A DNA stretch of 64,000 nucleotides from Pocillopora damicornis (lineage: Eukaryota), in contig NW_020846216.1 in NCBI RefSeq assembly GCF_003704095.1, forward strand, positions 186,001 to 250,000, read 5' to 3'. This document shows positions 1 to 13,652 of this stretch, one piece after another. A model generated the notes under the pieces. It was not told where the DNA came from and made no database searches. It was given only the letters and a program-made list of their open reading frames with translations. Position 1 is the first letter of the stretch. Each line of letters starts with the position of its first letter. The translations under genes and the position numbers were made by a program.

Positions 1-3000
1 AGACCAATCTGCAGTGTTCCTGGTGCAGATATTGAAATTCTTGATAGAGTCACTGATAATTATGGGTGGTCTTTCAGGTATGATGTACATACCTAAGTTT
101 TTAAAAATTGTTTTAAAGCGTTTTTTGCAAGGGACTTTCAAGGTCATAACTGCTTAAATTGTTGGTAATAATTATTGAAATACTTGCAGATACCAGAGAA
201 GACAATGTGCCTCAGTTAACATGCCAAAAAAAAGCAAAAACTCAAAATTAAATTCATTTTTATGTATGTAAAAAACTGGACAAAATCTCCGGCTATCCAA
301 GGAGTTGGGCAGAGCAAAACCTATATTTGATTGGACATTGACTGTTGACTAGCCATTATTCTGAGCCTTAATCTTGCATTCCCAAGTTAGCAGAGTCAAT
401 TTAGAACATTACAGTTAGAATCTAAGTTACAGAACTACTGTAAGGCAGCTTTATTGATTACTGATTTTATTAATGACATACCTGGTGTATTTTTAAATTT
501 CTTTTCTTAGAAAAACTGGAGAGACCACAAAAGCACTTAATCTTGGTTCTTATAACTACCTTGGCTTTGCGGAAAATGTGGGTCCATGTGCTGAGGCTGC
601 TGAGAAAACAGTCCTTAAATATGGTCTGGGAGGCTGTAGTCCAAGACATGAATATGGTGAGCTAAACAACATTTCTGTAGCAGAAAATGATCAGTAGTAG
701 AGCAAATGCCAACTCCTCTGGGGTTGGACTAGGACTTTGCATTTCACGTAGTACAGCGTGGGTGCCACAGGCTAGCAACTTTTATGTCTTTGGGGAACTG
801 GTAAAACTTTACTTCTACAGAAGCTTTTTGAGTAGGGTATCTAGACGTTTTGTATCAGAGTCCTCAGTAATTTCTCCAAGAGTGCAAAGTTTGTAATTGA
901 GCCCATACAGTCAGCACTTATCTTGGTTTCTGCAGTATGAAGTGCTTAGGAGAATTATTTCTCCTCCCTGGATGGGGATGCTAGTCTGCCTTAAGGTTAC
1001 CCCTAAGCACTTCATCAAACTTCCCAAACACTTTGCCAGTACTCATTTATACTCCTGGGTGGAGAGAAGAATTGTGAAAGGAAAGAGTTTTGCCTACAAA
1101 CACAATAATGACCCCAGTCAGTTCTTGAACTCAGAGCTCTTGACCCAAAGTCCAGCACATCAGCCATTGGGTCATTGCTTCCCCCAGATTGCTTTTCCAA
1201 GAGTGCAGCTGTGGTAATGCTGGTCCAGAGCAAGGTTGCCCATTAGGCAGTGTTTCCTCAGCTTTCCCTCACAAGTAATTGTTCAGAGGATTTTGTTTCC
1301 TCTCCAGGAACTCTTCACATTCATGATGAACTGGAAGCTCTTGTGGCGCGGTTTCTTAATAAGCCTGCAGCAATAGCTTTTGGAATGGGTTTTGCTACAA
1401 ACTCCACCAACATACCCACTCTTGTGGGGAAAGGTGATTTGATTGTCAGTGATGAGTTGAATCACTCCTCCCTTGTTCTGGGAGCCAGATTGTCTGGGGC
1501 TAAAATAAAAGTCTTCAAACATAATGGTAAGAATTGATGATTAATTTGATTAAAGAAATCTGGTAAATACTGCAGGCCATTTTACAAGGAATTCATCATA
1601 CTGTTAATCCAATGATTGGGTATTGTAGTGAGAAATTTTATTTGAATTTTAGACATGAAAAGCCTGGAGAATATTCTTCGCGAATCTGTTGTTCAGGGAC
1701 AGCCACGCACTCACAGACCTTGGGGAAAAATTCTCATCATTGTTGAAGGAATTTACAGGTATGTATTAACTGAGGTAAAATGCAAGTTGGACCAATGCAG
1801 ACTGAAGGCAATGCCAGCTGATGTTGTCATGTTAAAATTTAACATTGGTTGAATGAACTGGCAGGGTCTGTTGGGGTTTTACATCTCCACTGTGTTGACT
1901 GAACACTTTTAACCTGAAGAGTGACTAAAATCTAAGTTCTCCTTACAACATCACCCCTGAATCAAACATCAAGGTCATGAGAATAAAGAAAATGATCATC
2001 AACTTAAGAAGCTAGAAAATCTTTAGAGATCAGTATGGAGAATATGCTTGAGTTGATAACAGGATGTTATGTATACTTATAATGGTGTAAAGGGCGAAAA
2101 ACACTGATTTGCTCATGAATACTGCAATTTTTTGTAAATATTGGTAGCTCACACCTTCCCATCATCTTAAAGATTACATTAGGACTTTTCTTTTTTTTTA
2201 CTCTAGTGCGTTGTCTTTGTATATTGTTATGAGAAAATCAATGCTTTTTGGTTTTTGATTAAAGCATGCATGTATTGTGAATGAACCAATAATACTGTAT
2301 ATGGGATGGTGCCATAATCTCCAACGCTAGGCCCAGAAATATTGCTTTCAGAACATAGTGGGACTTTAAATATATATGAATTTTTCTATAATTCATTGTG
2401 TGCCACTTAATTTGTTATGAATTTTTGTTTAATCTCCAGTATGGAAGGTTCAATTGTGAGATTACCTGAGGTAGTAGCTCTTAAAAAGAAGTACAAAGCT
2501 TACCTTTTCCTTGACGAGGCTCACAGTATTGGTGCTATGGGCCCCAATGGAAGAGGTGTAACAGACTACTTTGGGGTGGACCCTGCTGATGTTGATATCA
2601 TGATGGGAACATTTACAAAAAGTTTTGGTGCAGCTGGGGGATACATTGCTGCAACTGAGGTTAGCATTGAAAAGCCTTGTTCTCTAGCTGAAGGGGGTGC
2701 TTGGGAAAAACCCCAATTGATCTTGTGATTGACCACTAGATTCTCCTGTTAATTTGTCAGTTAATTCCTTGTTAAACAAAAGGAGAAGTTGGTGTTGCAT
2801 CAAAAGGCACTCAGGGCTTTTTTATTTGCAGTCCTTCAATTATGTATATCCATGAATCCATTTCCTGTGATTCATTCTGAGAGATTAATTAATGTGAGAC
2901 ATCAAATCAAAAACATTCTTGTTAACAAATGATGGTAAAAGTTTGGTTCTGATCATTTTATCTCTCTTGTTGTGCCACTCAGATGGTTAACTTAGTTTTA

Positions 3001-5733
3001 TTTTGCAGGAAATAATAAACCATATCAGGGGAAGTTCCCACAGTGCTGCATATGCTTCTTCCATGTCACCCCCTGTTGTGATGCAGATTATTGCTTCCAT
3101 GAAGATGATTATGGGTGAAGATGGCACTGACAAAGGTTTGTTTATCTTAATAATTCAACCCTTCAGAATGACAAGCATTCACTAATTTCTCTTTACAATA
3201 ACACGCCTGAATCACTTATTAAGGTCATGAGAATAAAGGAAATGATCACCAACTAATGATACTCTTGATTGTTAAACAAATTCTCCTCGTCAGCACTTTA
3301 GAAAATGTATAGAGAATAGTAAGGAGAATGTGCATACTGATGCTTGGGTGTAAAGGGTTATTACATGGTGTACCTACAATACAGTGATCATGTGATCTAC
3401 TTGGGTGAGGTGCTCAGCATGAAGTGTTAACCAAAGCGCACATATATGAGGATTTGACCACCAGTCAGTTCCATTGTTACTTTCAGATGAACTACTTGTA
3501 CCAACTGAGTGACAAACTTTTTTTTTTTCTTCTTGTCAATTTTTAATTTGCAGGAAAGAAACGACTCGTTCAATTGGCTGAAAATTGCAAGTAAGACAAA
3601 AATTCTGATATCTTTGGTTAGATTGTAGAGGTTTGTGGATTAATGTACACAGAATTTAATAAATAGGAAAGTTAAGAGTTTTTAGCAATGAAGGCCAGGG
3701 GCGCCTGACATAACAGATACGTGTTGCTCAACTATATTCTGATTTGGACAAAGTAATAGTGTCAGCATCATTAACAGTTTGTATGTACATGTAGTTTAGT
3801 GCTACTACATTATAGCCAATTCTTTAAAAACGATTAACCATCAAGAATAGAAAAACAAAAGGCGTACCCCATGTATACTAATGAGGCGGATGTATCAAGC
3901 TTATGCACGCACGTGCGATATTTTGACGCGCACATTTCTTTTTTTATTCGCACTTGCATGCGACGTTTGGTGCGTATTATGTGCGTTTTTTTGGTTAACG
4001 TACATCTTAGCGGTACTGTACTCACACCATCTTTCCTCCTTTAGCTAAGCAAAGTTTGTAGATTAAAAAAAATCGTGTTTATCATTAATTGGAGTCAGTC
4101 TTTTGACGCGTTAACTTCCAAGATCTGATTCATATATCTCCCTTAACATGTAACCATTACTGTTCAGGTACTTCCGACAGAGACTTAAGCAGATGGGATT
4201 TATTGTGTACGGTCATGATGCCTCCCCAGTCGTCCCTCTTCTTCTCTACATGCCAGCAAAAATCGCGTAAGTGAGACGCTGATTACACTATCAGTACGAT
4301 ATCAAGCAGACAAGTGATGAGAATAAAGAAAAATATAAATCAGGGGATTATTGGTCGATACAATTCCAAATTCTCCAAACTAACATCATATGAATTGTAT
4401 AGTAGATAGTAAGGAGAATTTTTAATGAGATCTTGGGAATGAAAGGGTTAATAAATGGATTCCGTGTTCGGTTATATATGACAGACTTGCAACCCGACAC
4501 TTAGCGTGTAGAGCAGGTGTGAGAATGCTGAGCATTTTCTCGGTGAAAATCATAACTGGCTTCTTTGATTTAATTTAGGGTAGCGGAAGAAAGGGGGCGA
4601 GCGACGGTTCAAGGGNNNNNNNNNNGGGTGGCCGGATGAACGATCGCGACCTCGTAGCACCCACGCTCTAATAAGACGCTTGCATTGCAGGCTACCCAAA
4701 ACTTTGTTTTCTAGGTGTGGTTAACCTGTGGTTTCGCTCTGTCGTGTGCTATATTGCGCCATGTCGAGGCTATGTGAGAGAGGAATACTGATAGTTTCCT
4801 TTGCATACTTATACAAAAAAAAAGGAATTTCTTTGTTTTTCTGTTTGTGCGTGTTGACGCTAATGCTTTTTTTCTTTTAGTGCATTTGGCCGTGAAATGC
4901 TGAAAAGGAACGTTGCTGTGGTTGTGGTTGGTTTTCCTGCCACCCCTCTCATCGAATCTCGCACCAGATTCTGCCTGTCTGCCGCGCATACCCGTGAAAT
5001 GCTGGACAAGGTGGGTGAGAGCTACTGTTGCTATGGCATCGAATCTTCTAACAGAGGCACACTTTTCCTTGGGAACCCCTTGTGATAAAAACAGCGTGAC
5101 AAAGAAAAAAAAACAACAAACAAACAATAAGTACTCAGTAGTCAACACCCACAGGGTTCTGCAATTTTAGAGAAGGAAATAAAACTAAAGAACCCAGAAA
5201 AAATAAATTGGGATAAATCTTCTTGGAATTAGGAAGATAGTCATCAATAATCTCGACTTCGTTCTGACGCAAAATGTGGGAAAAAAATGAGCCCCTCTGG
5301 ATATAGGAGTACTCAACAATCTGTTACCAAGACTGGATGCTCTCGAATATCTTGTCTTGAAGTTGAATTTATTGGTTGAGGCTTTGGATAGTGCAGTTGA
5401 CTTTGGCGCGTCGAGAGGAACTCTGAGAGTCCCGTGCGGCGCTTCTTTTTTTTTTTTTTTTTTTTTTTTTTTTCGGCGTGACTCTCGTGATGAAACTCGC
5501 CCGAAAAGGATGCACCTCTTGTAGTCTAGGTATTCCTCGATTCAAATTGGATTCGTGAGTTGTTTTGGTTTACATGGATGTAAAAAAATCCTCTATGCCA
5601 CTTATCAGTGTTTTCACGTGTAGTGTTAATTTTTTCCTTTTTGTAATATTTTTTTAATCAGGCTTTGGAAGCCATCGATGAAGTAGGTGACATTCTTCAA
5701 CTCAAATACTCGAAACAGACACAGAAGAAATAA
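1..5733 (+). CDS. SPTLC2: Serine palmitoyltransferase LCB2-type subunit (SPTLC2/3-like), copy 1; 5' end lies outside the window
   Basis: Exons with GT-AG sites and consistent phase: 1-77, 511-656, 1308-1526, 1653-1758, 2440-2659, 3009-3135, 3554-3590, 4168-4266, 4881-5010, 5662-5733 (TAA). Motifs [37 protein letters not shown]-lysine motif GTFTKSFG and [23 protein letters not shown]. Confidence 0.95.
3155..3361. mobile_element. About 200-bp non-autonomous element with TTAA-CCCT...AGGG-TTAA-like ends (piggyBac-type MITE), intronic copy
   Basis: Shared core (tcatgagaataaaggaaatgatcaccaact...ttgttaaacaaattctcc...gtaaagggtta) recurs near 1905, 25232, 36810, 37660, 39807, 43258 and 45801. Confidence 0.65.
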
Positions 5734-7276
5734 CTGGAGCTACAGAGGTCACATAGAAACAAAACACTTTAACATAGACATGAAATAACTGGTATTATTG
5801 TTTCTTTAAAATAATAATAATATTTGAATGTTACCCACACTGCAATGGCCACAAAAGAGTATGCTCTTTTTTTACTTGTAAGGCAAAGGTTTAGTTGCTG
5901 TGGTCGAACTTCTCTAGGAATTTTTAAATTAAATGCAAACCACACAAAAATTTTCTTCAAAGTGCGAGAGACTGGGAACTAGGTGTAGTTGTGAACTTTG
6001 AGGTCCTGTCAGATCAGGCTTTGATTGGCGAAAAGTTCTGCCCAACTATCCTTGAGGTACTTGCTGGGTATCTTAGCAAAGTGCTTGGCTTATATTTATT
6101 GAAGGACTTTATGTGCTAATTTTTTCTTCCTTTTCCCCATAAGTCTTACAAATAAGTTCTTGCGAGAGGTTTCTGTTTTCTTCGCCTAGCCTCTTTTCTG
6201 CATCGTTTCCGTTTCCGAACATTTTGCAGTACATTAAGAGAAATAAACCAATTTTTAATATCTGTTTCCTACACACTAAAACAATTATGCAACTCGACTT
6301 TGGTGCATAGTTGTTAAAAATGGCCCAGTTATTTACAAATTTATTTGATATCAGTTAAGGGAAGACTCAGCATATGGATATTGATTTTTTTTTTTAGACA
6401 ATTTATACTTTTGGTCTACTATTATTATAAAAAAAAAATGAAGTGCTCTTTCAGAGCGTTCCCTGCTATGTACAAACAATAGCGATATTAGTTTAAGGAT
6501 GCCTCAGAACGCAGATATTATTTCTACTTTTGGTGTAGATATATTTAATCCTATCATAAGATCTTGGTTTTATAGTTGCTTTTCTTAAATGGGGAAGGGG
6601 TGTGATAAAAACCATGTAATAGATAAATGTGGACAGTACCGTTTGAAAGCTGAATGCTTAAAGTTTTGATTAATGACAATCGAATGGGAAAAGATGTAGT
6701 TGTGTTAAAATATAAGCTCTTTTAAAGCCATCACTAACAGTGATTGAAGACGGAGCTTTGTAATTGAACAATTTTTGTTAATAGGGTTGATAAGCACAAG
6801 AATGAAGTGATGCTAGCAATGATGTAGAGAAGTCTTAAACAATTGCCTCTGCAATAAAAGCATTTTGAAGATGAGAGTGCTTATTTCACTTTGTCCTGTG
6901 TAGCAGAATAATGATTGCTATAGAGTTTAGTCCTGCTTAGAGAAGTGGCGTATCATACAGCAGCCGGCTTTATCGTAACTTATTTAACCAATACCTAGTG
7001 GGGCCTTGTCGTGCTTTAGTCGGAGACTGAATCCGCGACAAGCTCTTACGGCTGTGACTCTCTTAGCAAGTGGGAATGCATGTATTTTACGGCAATCGTC
7101 ACCTGCGAATGATCTCACAGAACCCCGCGGGTAATGTGGCGCGAAAAAAATGCAGGAACATGTCTGATTTTTAAAGCTTCCACGAGTCACAATCAATTCG
7201 AGATAAATTGGGTCTGTACGTATCAATGAGTTTTTTGGTAAAAATTAAAATTCTCGTGTGATATTCATATTTCAGC

Positions 7277-9055
7277 TTTAAAAGCTAGAAGCAGTCTTTA
7301 AGGATAATTTTGATAAAGACGGTGAAATTGACCTCATGTTCATCTTAGCTCGCGTGATGGGTAAACCGCGTGACCAGATAATCGCGGGACTCGAAATATT
7401 AGGCAGAATGAGATGAGGTAACGCTAGTAAGGGGATTAACATAAATTGGAATAGTCATTTTCTAAATTACTGCGAAAGTTTCATTGAAAGCCCAAGGAAG
7501 AGCAAGAACTGAGTTAACTGCCAGTTACTTATTTCATAAATAACACAAAACAGAACAGTGTAAGTTCCTTTGGTAAAATCCCATAATCCAGTGTTTGACT
7601 GCGGCAAAATATATCTTGTCAAGTCATGACTTATTAATATTATAACACAGAATGAATAGTTGAGAAAGCCTCCGGCCATGCAGGTGCATGTTAATTTATG
7701 GGAAAGCGTACTTAATCGCTCAACAATATGAAGCAATCATTATTCGTTTTTTTTAATTTTTTTAAATTTTTTTTAAATTTTTTTTTATCTTCAAGATATG
7801 GAGCAATGATTCAATTTTTTTACGAGAAAAGGTACTTTCAATTATCGAGCACAAAACGACAACATTACACATCGGACAAAGGTAATGACTAAATTACGAC
7901 TTCTCCTGCTAAGCTTAAAGAAAACCTGGGTTGATAAAAACACTGCTTAACATGACAATTGTCCGACTCCACCAAACTCGGCTTCTACGCTTAAAATATT
8001 GTTTGTTCATACAACAATAACACCATAACAACGGTAGAAGTAAGCCGTAGGCTAGCTTGCAAGCACTGAGGCCTTCACTATCAGCGCTTCAGCCTGCGAG
8101 TGTTTTTTTGCCCGGCACNNNNNNNNNNNNNNNNNNNNNNNNNNNNNNNNNNNNNNNNNNNNNNNNNNNNNNNNNNNNNNNNNNNNNNNNNNNNNNNNNN
8201 NNNNNNNNNNNNNNNNNNTTTAAAAGCTAGAAGCAGTCTTTAAGGATAATTTTGATAAAGACGGTGAATTGACCTCTTGTTCGTCTTAGCTCGCGTGATG
8301 GGTAAACCGCGTGACCAGATAATCGCGGGACTTGAAATATGAGGCAGAATGAGATGAGGTAACGCTAGTAAGGGGATTAACATAAATTGGAATAGTCATT
8401 TACTAAATTACTGCGAAAGTTTCATTGAAAGCCCAAGGAAGAGCAAGAACTGCGTTTTCGCCCATAGCTGCGAGTTACTTATTTCATAAATTACACAAAA
8501 CAGAACAGTGTAAGTTCCTTTGGTAAAATCCCATAATCCAGTGTTTGACTGCGGCAAAATATATCTTGTCAGGTCATGACCTATTAATATTATAACACAG
8601 AATGAATAGTTGAGAAAGCCATGCAGGTGCATGTTAATTTATGGGAAAGCGTACTTAATCGCTCAACAATATGAAGCAATCATTGCTCGTTTTTTTAATT
8701 TTTTTTTAATTTTTTAAAATTTTTTTTTATCTTCAAGATATGGAACAATGATTCAATTTTTTTACGAGAAAAGGTACTTTAAATTATCGAACACAAAACG
8801 ACAACATTACACATCGGACAAAGGAAATGACTAAATTACGACTTATCCTGCTAAGCTTAAAGAAAAGCTGGGTCGATAAAAACGCTGCTTAACATGACAA
8901 TTGTCCGACTTCAGCTGGATTACCACCAAACTCGTTTGTTTGTTCATACAACAATAAAACCATAACAACGGTAGAAGTATGCCGTAGGCCAGCTTGCGAG
9001 CACTGAGGCCTTCACTATCAGCGCTTCAGCCTGCGCGTTTTTTTTTGCCCGGCAC
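7277..9055. repeat. Near-identical direct duplication of about 840 bp (7277-8118 and 8219-9055) flanking a 100-N gap; probably an allelic assembly overlap
   Basis: Both copies begin tttaaaagctagaagcagtc and end tttgcccggcac. They differ only by SNPs and small indels, and both abut the gap. Confidence 0.85.
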
Positions 9056-9425
9056 CGGAGGATAGGCCTTGCACGGGGTCTAACACAGTGCCAAGACTTC
9101 CCAGCAAAACGTTGCCCGACTCTTCTCAGATCTCAGCTTCGGCGGAGAATCGCGCGTCCTGCAGTGCTGAAAAAAATACATTTGGACAGGTGCGACCTGT
9201 TTTATTTATTATGATTGCTCAGTTGTTGATGATAGGTTTAGATCAAACATTCTGGCAAGTATAAACAAACCAAGTCTCGTCAGAACCTTTCATGTAGGAT
9301 TGACAAGTAAGATACAATAAAGTCTGTCGTATTCTTGAAGGCGCTTTCATCTCATTTGATTGACTTTTATATTATACTGTTACGTCACGCAGAAGCTTGC
9401 AGCCTTGCACGGTTAAAAATTTAAA

Positions 9426-12400
9426 ATGGTGGCCGGTACTTATGCAACGCGGCGAGTACAACATTCCATGAAAAATGGCTTTCCAAAGGGATCCAACGGC
9501 TTTGCAAGCCACCGGAGAGAGTTAAACACAGAGCTGGAGGAGGATCTCGAGGAGACACCACTGTTTATCGCTGTTATGACATACTTGTCGTATTTCTTCT
9601 TGATAATCTTCGGTTACATGCGTGACTTCATGCGCAAGTACGGATTAGAGAAGTCCAAGTCTGTTAAGGAAACAGGAAATCAGGTAAGGATATCACTTTA
9701 ATTAAAGAATCTTGTCTGTGCTTAGATGAAAGAGAAAGTAATTTTACTTTAGGCTATGCAATCTCTAAACCTTGAATTATAAATTAGGCAATGTAATTCT
9801 ACCAGCGCTTAACCCTTACGTATAAAGAAACATTTGTGACTCGCTATGGCAAGTACAACATTGAACCCTGTTTAAGTCGCAATGAAAAAAAAAGGGTAAT
9901 ATTTGAAATTAATTACTACAGTCACAGATGAGTTACGACTCGAAGAAACCGACAGAACACGACATTGATTTATTAGTCAAGAGCGTGAAGTTGTAAATAA
10001 TCCGATTGAAAGCAATGTGTGGCAAGAACTTGCCAGAGTACTTTTTATCAGTGATTAAAGGAAAGCTACAAGCAAAATTACTTCAACTCTTGTGCCGAAA
10101 GCTGAAGAAAATTTTGATATGTCTATACAAAATTACGGAGGTGTGTTTCATGACCTATGGACTTTTAGCCTAACGCATGCTCAATGGGTGTAATACTCGG
10201 TGGCGTGACCAAGCGTGATCTTGGGGCACGTGCAATGAGCAGAACGTTTGCATAGTGGATGAAGAAAATGTAAACGCATTACGACCTTCTTTCAAACGAA
10301 TTGGATAAACTCAGGCTGTGATCGTCTCTATTAAGTACTAAACGGTGTTTTTTTGTAACCTTCTAATGTTTTGATGTGTGTCGCAAACGGTTGTGCAAGC
10401 GTTGAAGCGTAAAGGATATCTGTTTCTTTGATATTTATTTATTTTTTATGAAACAACATTAACATACGTTAACCACGATGAGAAGCATTTGAATTTTGCT
10501 CAGACGAGTAGAACAATGGTCGGTATTGGGTAACTTTGAGTATGTAAACGTATTTTCCTCAGAAAAGTTAAGGACAGGAGAATATCAGATGTTGATATTC
10601 TCTAGTTAAGGTTTAATATCACGCGTGTTTTCAGAAGTTCCAGAGGTTGCTGCAACTTCTGAAAACACAAGTGATAAAAATCCATAATTTTACGAGGAAA
10701 AATGCGTTTACTTGTTTATGATGTAAAGGACAAAATTTCTTTTCCCTGTTGAGCAATTGTGTAGGAGCCATTTCAATTTTCAGGTAACCTCAATAAATTG
10801 TGTTAATTGACGCACGAATCGGCAGAATTAAATTTTATTTTTGTACAACAACGCCAAAGCAATGAAACCAACCCTGCTGAAAAATAATTTGCTATCAATG
10901 GCATTGTAATACTTACATTACATGACCGTTACTCATTGGTCACCAATTCAGCAAGTTTGCAAATTGAATGACCAAAAGTTTCATCTACCCGCCATGGTGA
11001 TCAAAAAGACTGTAGATGGAAGTGCTGTCAAAAAGAGGCTTCTTTGTTTATCATGAGATGATTAACCTGTCTATGGTTTTCACTGATTGCAGGGTTTTGT
11101 GCCGCTTTATTCCGACTTTGAGAGTTTCTATACACGAAATCTTTACACTCGTGTGAGGGACTGTTTTAACAGACCCATTTGTAGTGTTCCTGGCGGAGAG
11201 GTCGCGCTCGTGGATAGAGAGTCTGAGGACTGGAACTGGACTTTCAGGTAGCTTTAAAGTAATTCCCCCAGAACTTTGTCAAAGTTTGACCGATTAGACC
11301 CTACTCTCTCCCCCTCCCCCTCCCCCCCCCATTTTTTTTGAAAATGTTAGCCACGCTCCTGTGCAATCCATGTGAACCTTCTGTGATGATTTTACAAGGG
11401 ATGCATTCAGCGGTCTCTTGTGTCATGTAATGATGCCCAAGTGCCTGGCAACTCTATTTTACTCTGACAAACTACCCTTTCAGGGTCTTTTTTTAACACC
11501 AACATAAAGGAAACTTAGAAAGTCTAGAAATGAATCAAAAAGCATATCATATACCAATGAAGCTCTTTTCAACCAGAACAATAATTCCCATCAATTCGCT
11601 TGCTCTAAGTAGTTTTTGCCAATTTTCACGACATTCCAGCGAAGGTTTGTTTTTATTTTTCAAATAACCTTTGTACACTTTGGTTTTTGCACAACATATC
11701 TACTATTTAATTGCTGTTTACGTGCACTTATATCTTAACTATTACTGATCAGGTTAAAATGAATTGTTTTGTTTAGATACCCAGGAACGACAACAAAGAC
11801 TGTCAATCTTGCTTCTTATAATTATCTTGGGTTCGCGGAGAATTCTGGGCCGTGTGCAGATGCCGCTGAACAGGCTGTTCGTAAATATGGCATTGCGGGC
11901 TGCAGCTCAAGACATGAATATGGTGAGTCAAAGTCCGGGAGATACTTGTTCTGGCGCTGACGTTTGACTACTGTGTTACTCCCGGAAATGTTGGTGGTGC
12001 TGTGCGGCGTGATTTTTAAAGCCCTTTCATTATTTCAGATTTGAATGTAGGAGTTACATGTACCGGCTTTTTCAGAGAAANNNNNNNNNNNNNNNNNNNN
12101 NNNNNNNNNNNNNNNNNNNNNNNNNNNNNNNNNNNNNNNNNNNNNNNNNNNNNNNNNNNNNNNNNNNNNNNNNNNNNNNNGTGCGCGGCCGGTCAGAATG
12201 GATCCCCTCGCGCATGCCCGACGTTGGTCTGTTCTCTGCTAAGCCTTAAATTCTATTGGTCGATGGCCAACCGACCAACAACCTCGTTTTAGGGATGCTT
12301 CTCCTCTAACGAGAAAGGAGCGCACAGTTCATATACTTCAGTTTCTTGTGGACAAAATACTGTCTCTTAGGAGAGGCGTGTATCTCTTGGCGAATCCACG

Positions 12401-13326
12401 AATCGAGGGCGAGAGCTTTAATAGCTGAAACCGATTTTACAACTTGCGTAGAATATTGTTTTCTTCCGTTTGCTCTAGATTGTTTGTCCTAAGAGCCATG
12501 CAATCTTGTTTCTTCATTTGTCTCTGTGCCAAAACATCTCGAAAAGAGTGTAACGCCACTTTCTTTTCTTTTTTCGCAAAGCATCAATTTCCCTATTCCT
12601 ATGTCTGTGCTAGAGTTTTCTTGATTATTTTATCTGCATTTGAATAAAAACTTCTGTTAGATTGTTTCTGTACATTGAAGTTTAGAGAGGGTTACTTCTC
12701 GTCTCAAGTTGACGTTTTTCCTATGTTCTCAGGAAAGCAGAGGCTTACCAGATTGGCACAGAATTGCAAGTATGTGGAATTATATGAAGACTTAAGCCAA
12801 TTTTTTTTCCCTACAAAGGCTTGAGCCAATTATTTAGCTGAACCACAAATATTTTGTGAGGCAGGCCACAGCTGGGAGTCGATATTTCCTTGCCATCTCA
12901 GTTGGCGCTTACGAAAGATCTTAAGGATCTATCGCGTCTGGTTCCATATGCTAAAACAATGCCCCTCATTATTAGTGCTGCGGCACGAGCGTTTTGCCGT
13001 CCGCAGAAAGTTTGAGACCGGTCAGCGGTTTACGAGAGGGTCTGCTAGTAATTGATGGAGCACTTTTCAGATGGGGGCCTAATCACGGGATAAAATTTTC
13101 CCCATTTCTCTAAATCGTCCCTACTTACATCCCCTAATGATGATTAAGAAACCATCGCGCTGCGAGAGTAGTCACCTCCAACATTATTTCATGACTTGAC
13201 TTAATCTTTGTGCTGTTTACATGACAGGTACTTCCGACAAAAGCTGAAAAAGATGGGCTATATAGTGTACGGCCATGATGCCTCAGCAGTAGTACCCATT
13301 CTTCTTTACATGCCGGCAAAAACGGT
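9426..13326 (+). CDS. SPTLC2: Serine palmitoyltransferase LCB2-type subunit, copy 2 (partial; middle and last exons probably in N-gaps)
   Basis: Exons 9426-9683 (MVAG...[15 protein letters not shown]...GYMRDFMR), 11093-11247 ([34 protein letters not shown]), 11777-11922 ([13 protein letters not shown]), gap 12081-12180, 12733-12769, 13228-13326 ([31 protein letters not shown]), gap 14007-14106. Intron positions match copy 1, and no stops or frameshifts are visible. Confidence 0.88.
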
Positions 13327-13444
13327 GTAAGTTTTCTTTTTCCTTTGATAAAGTGAATGAAAATAAACTTTAAGAGCTCCAGTTGCGTTGAACCTTACCT
13401 CTTAGTGGGCACACTTAAAAAATTTGCCTCTATGTTAGTAGGGA

Positions 13445-13652
13445 AGTTACGAGAAAAGTGACCAACTTTGTAACCAACGAGAACTAAAATGTGAAAATGT
13501 AAAAGCGCGGGGAAACGCGGGCGACCAAGTCGTGATTGGCTTTAGTTTTGCATCTGATTGGTCGAGAGAGTGGCGCGAGTTTTCTGAACCAATAACAGAG
13601 CAAAGGAAAGCCAAGCCAATGCAATCCCGGACTACTTGCGAGACTCGATTGA
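13445..13652 (-). repeat. Dispersed repeat family of about 250 bp (ccaatcagatgcaaaactaaa / cgcgttttcccgcgct core)
   Basis: Related copies at about 15970-16235, 32960-33130, 36090-36300, 43550-43800, 53720-53985 and 59250-59500, in both orientations. Confidence 0.7.

Noticed and set aside
7277-9055. Real tandem duplication of the SPT copy 2 upstream region
   Set aside because: The two copies abut a 100-N gap and differ at an allelic level, the usual sign of uncollapsed haplotype contig ends. Long reads are needed to decide.
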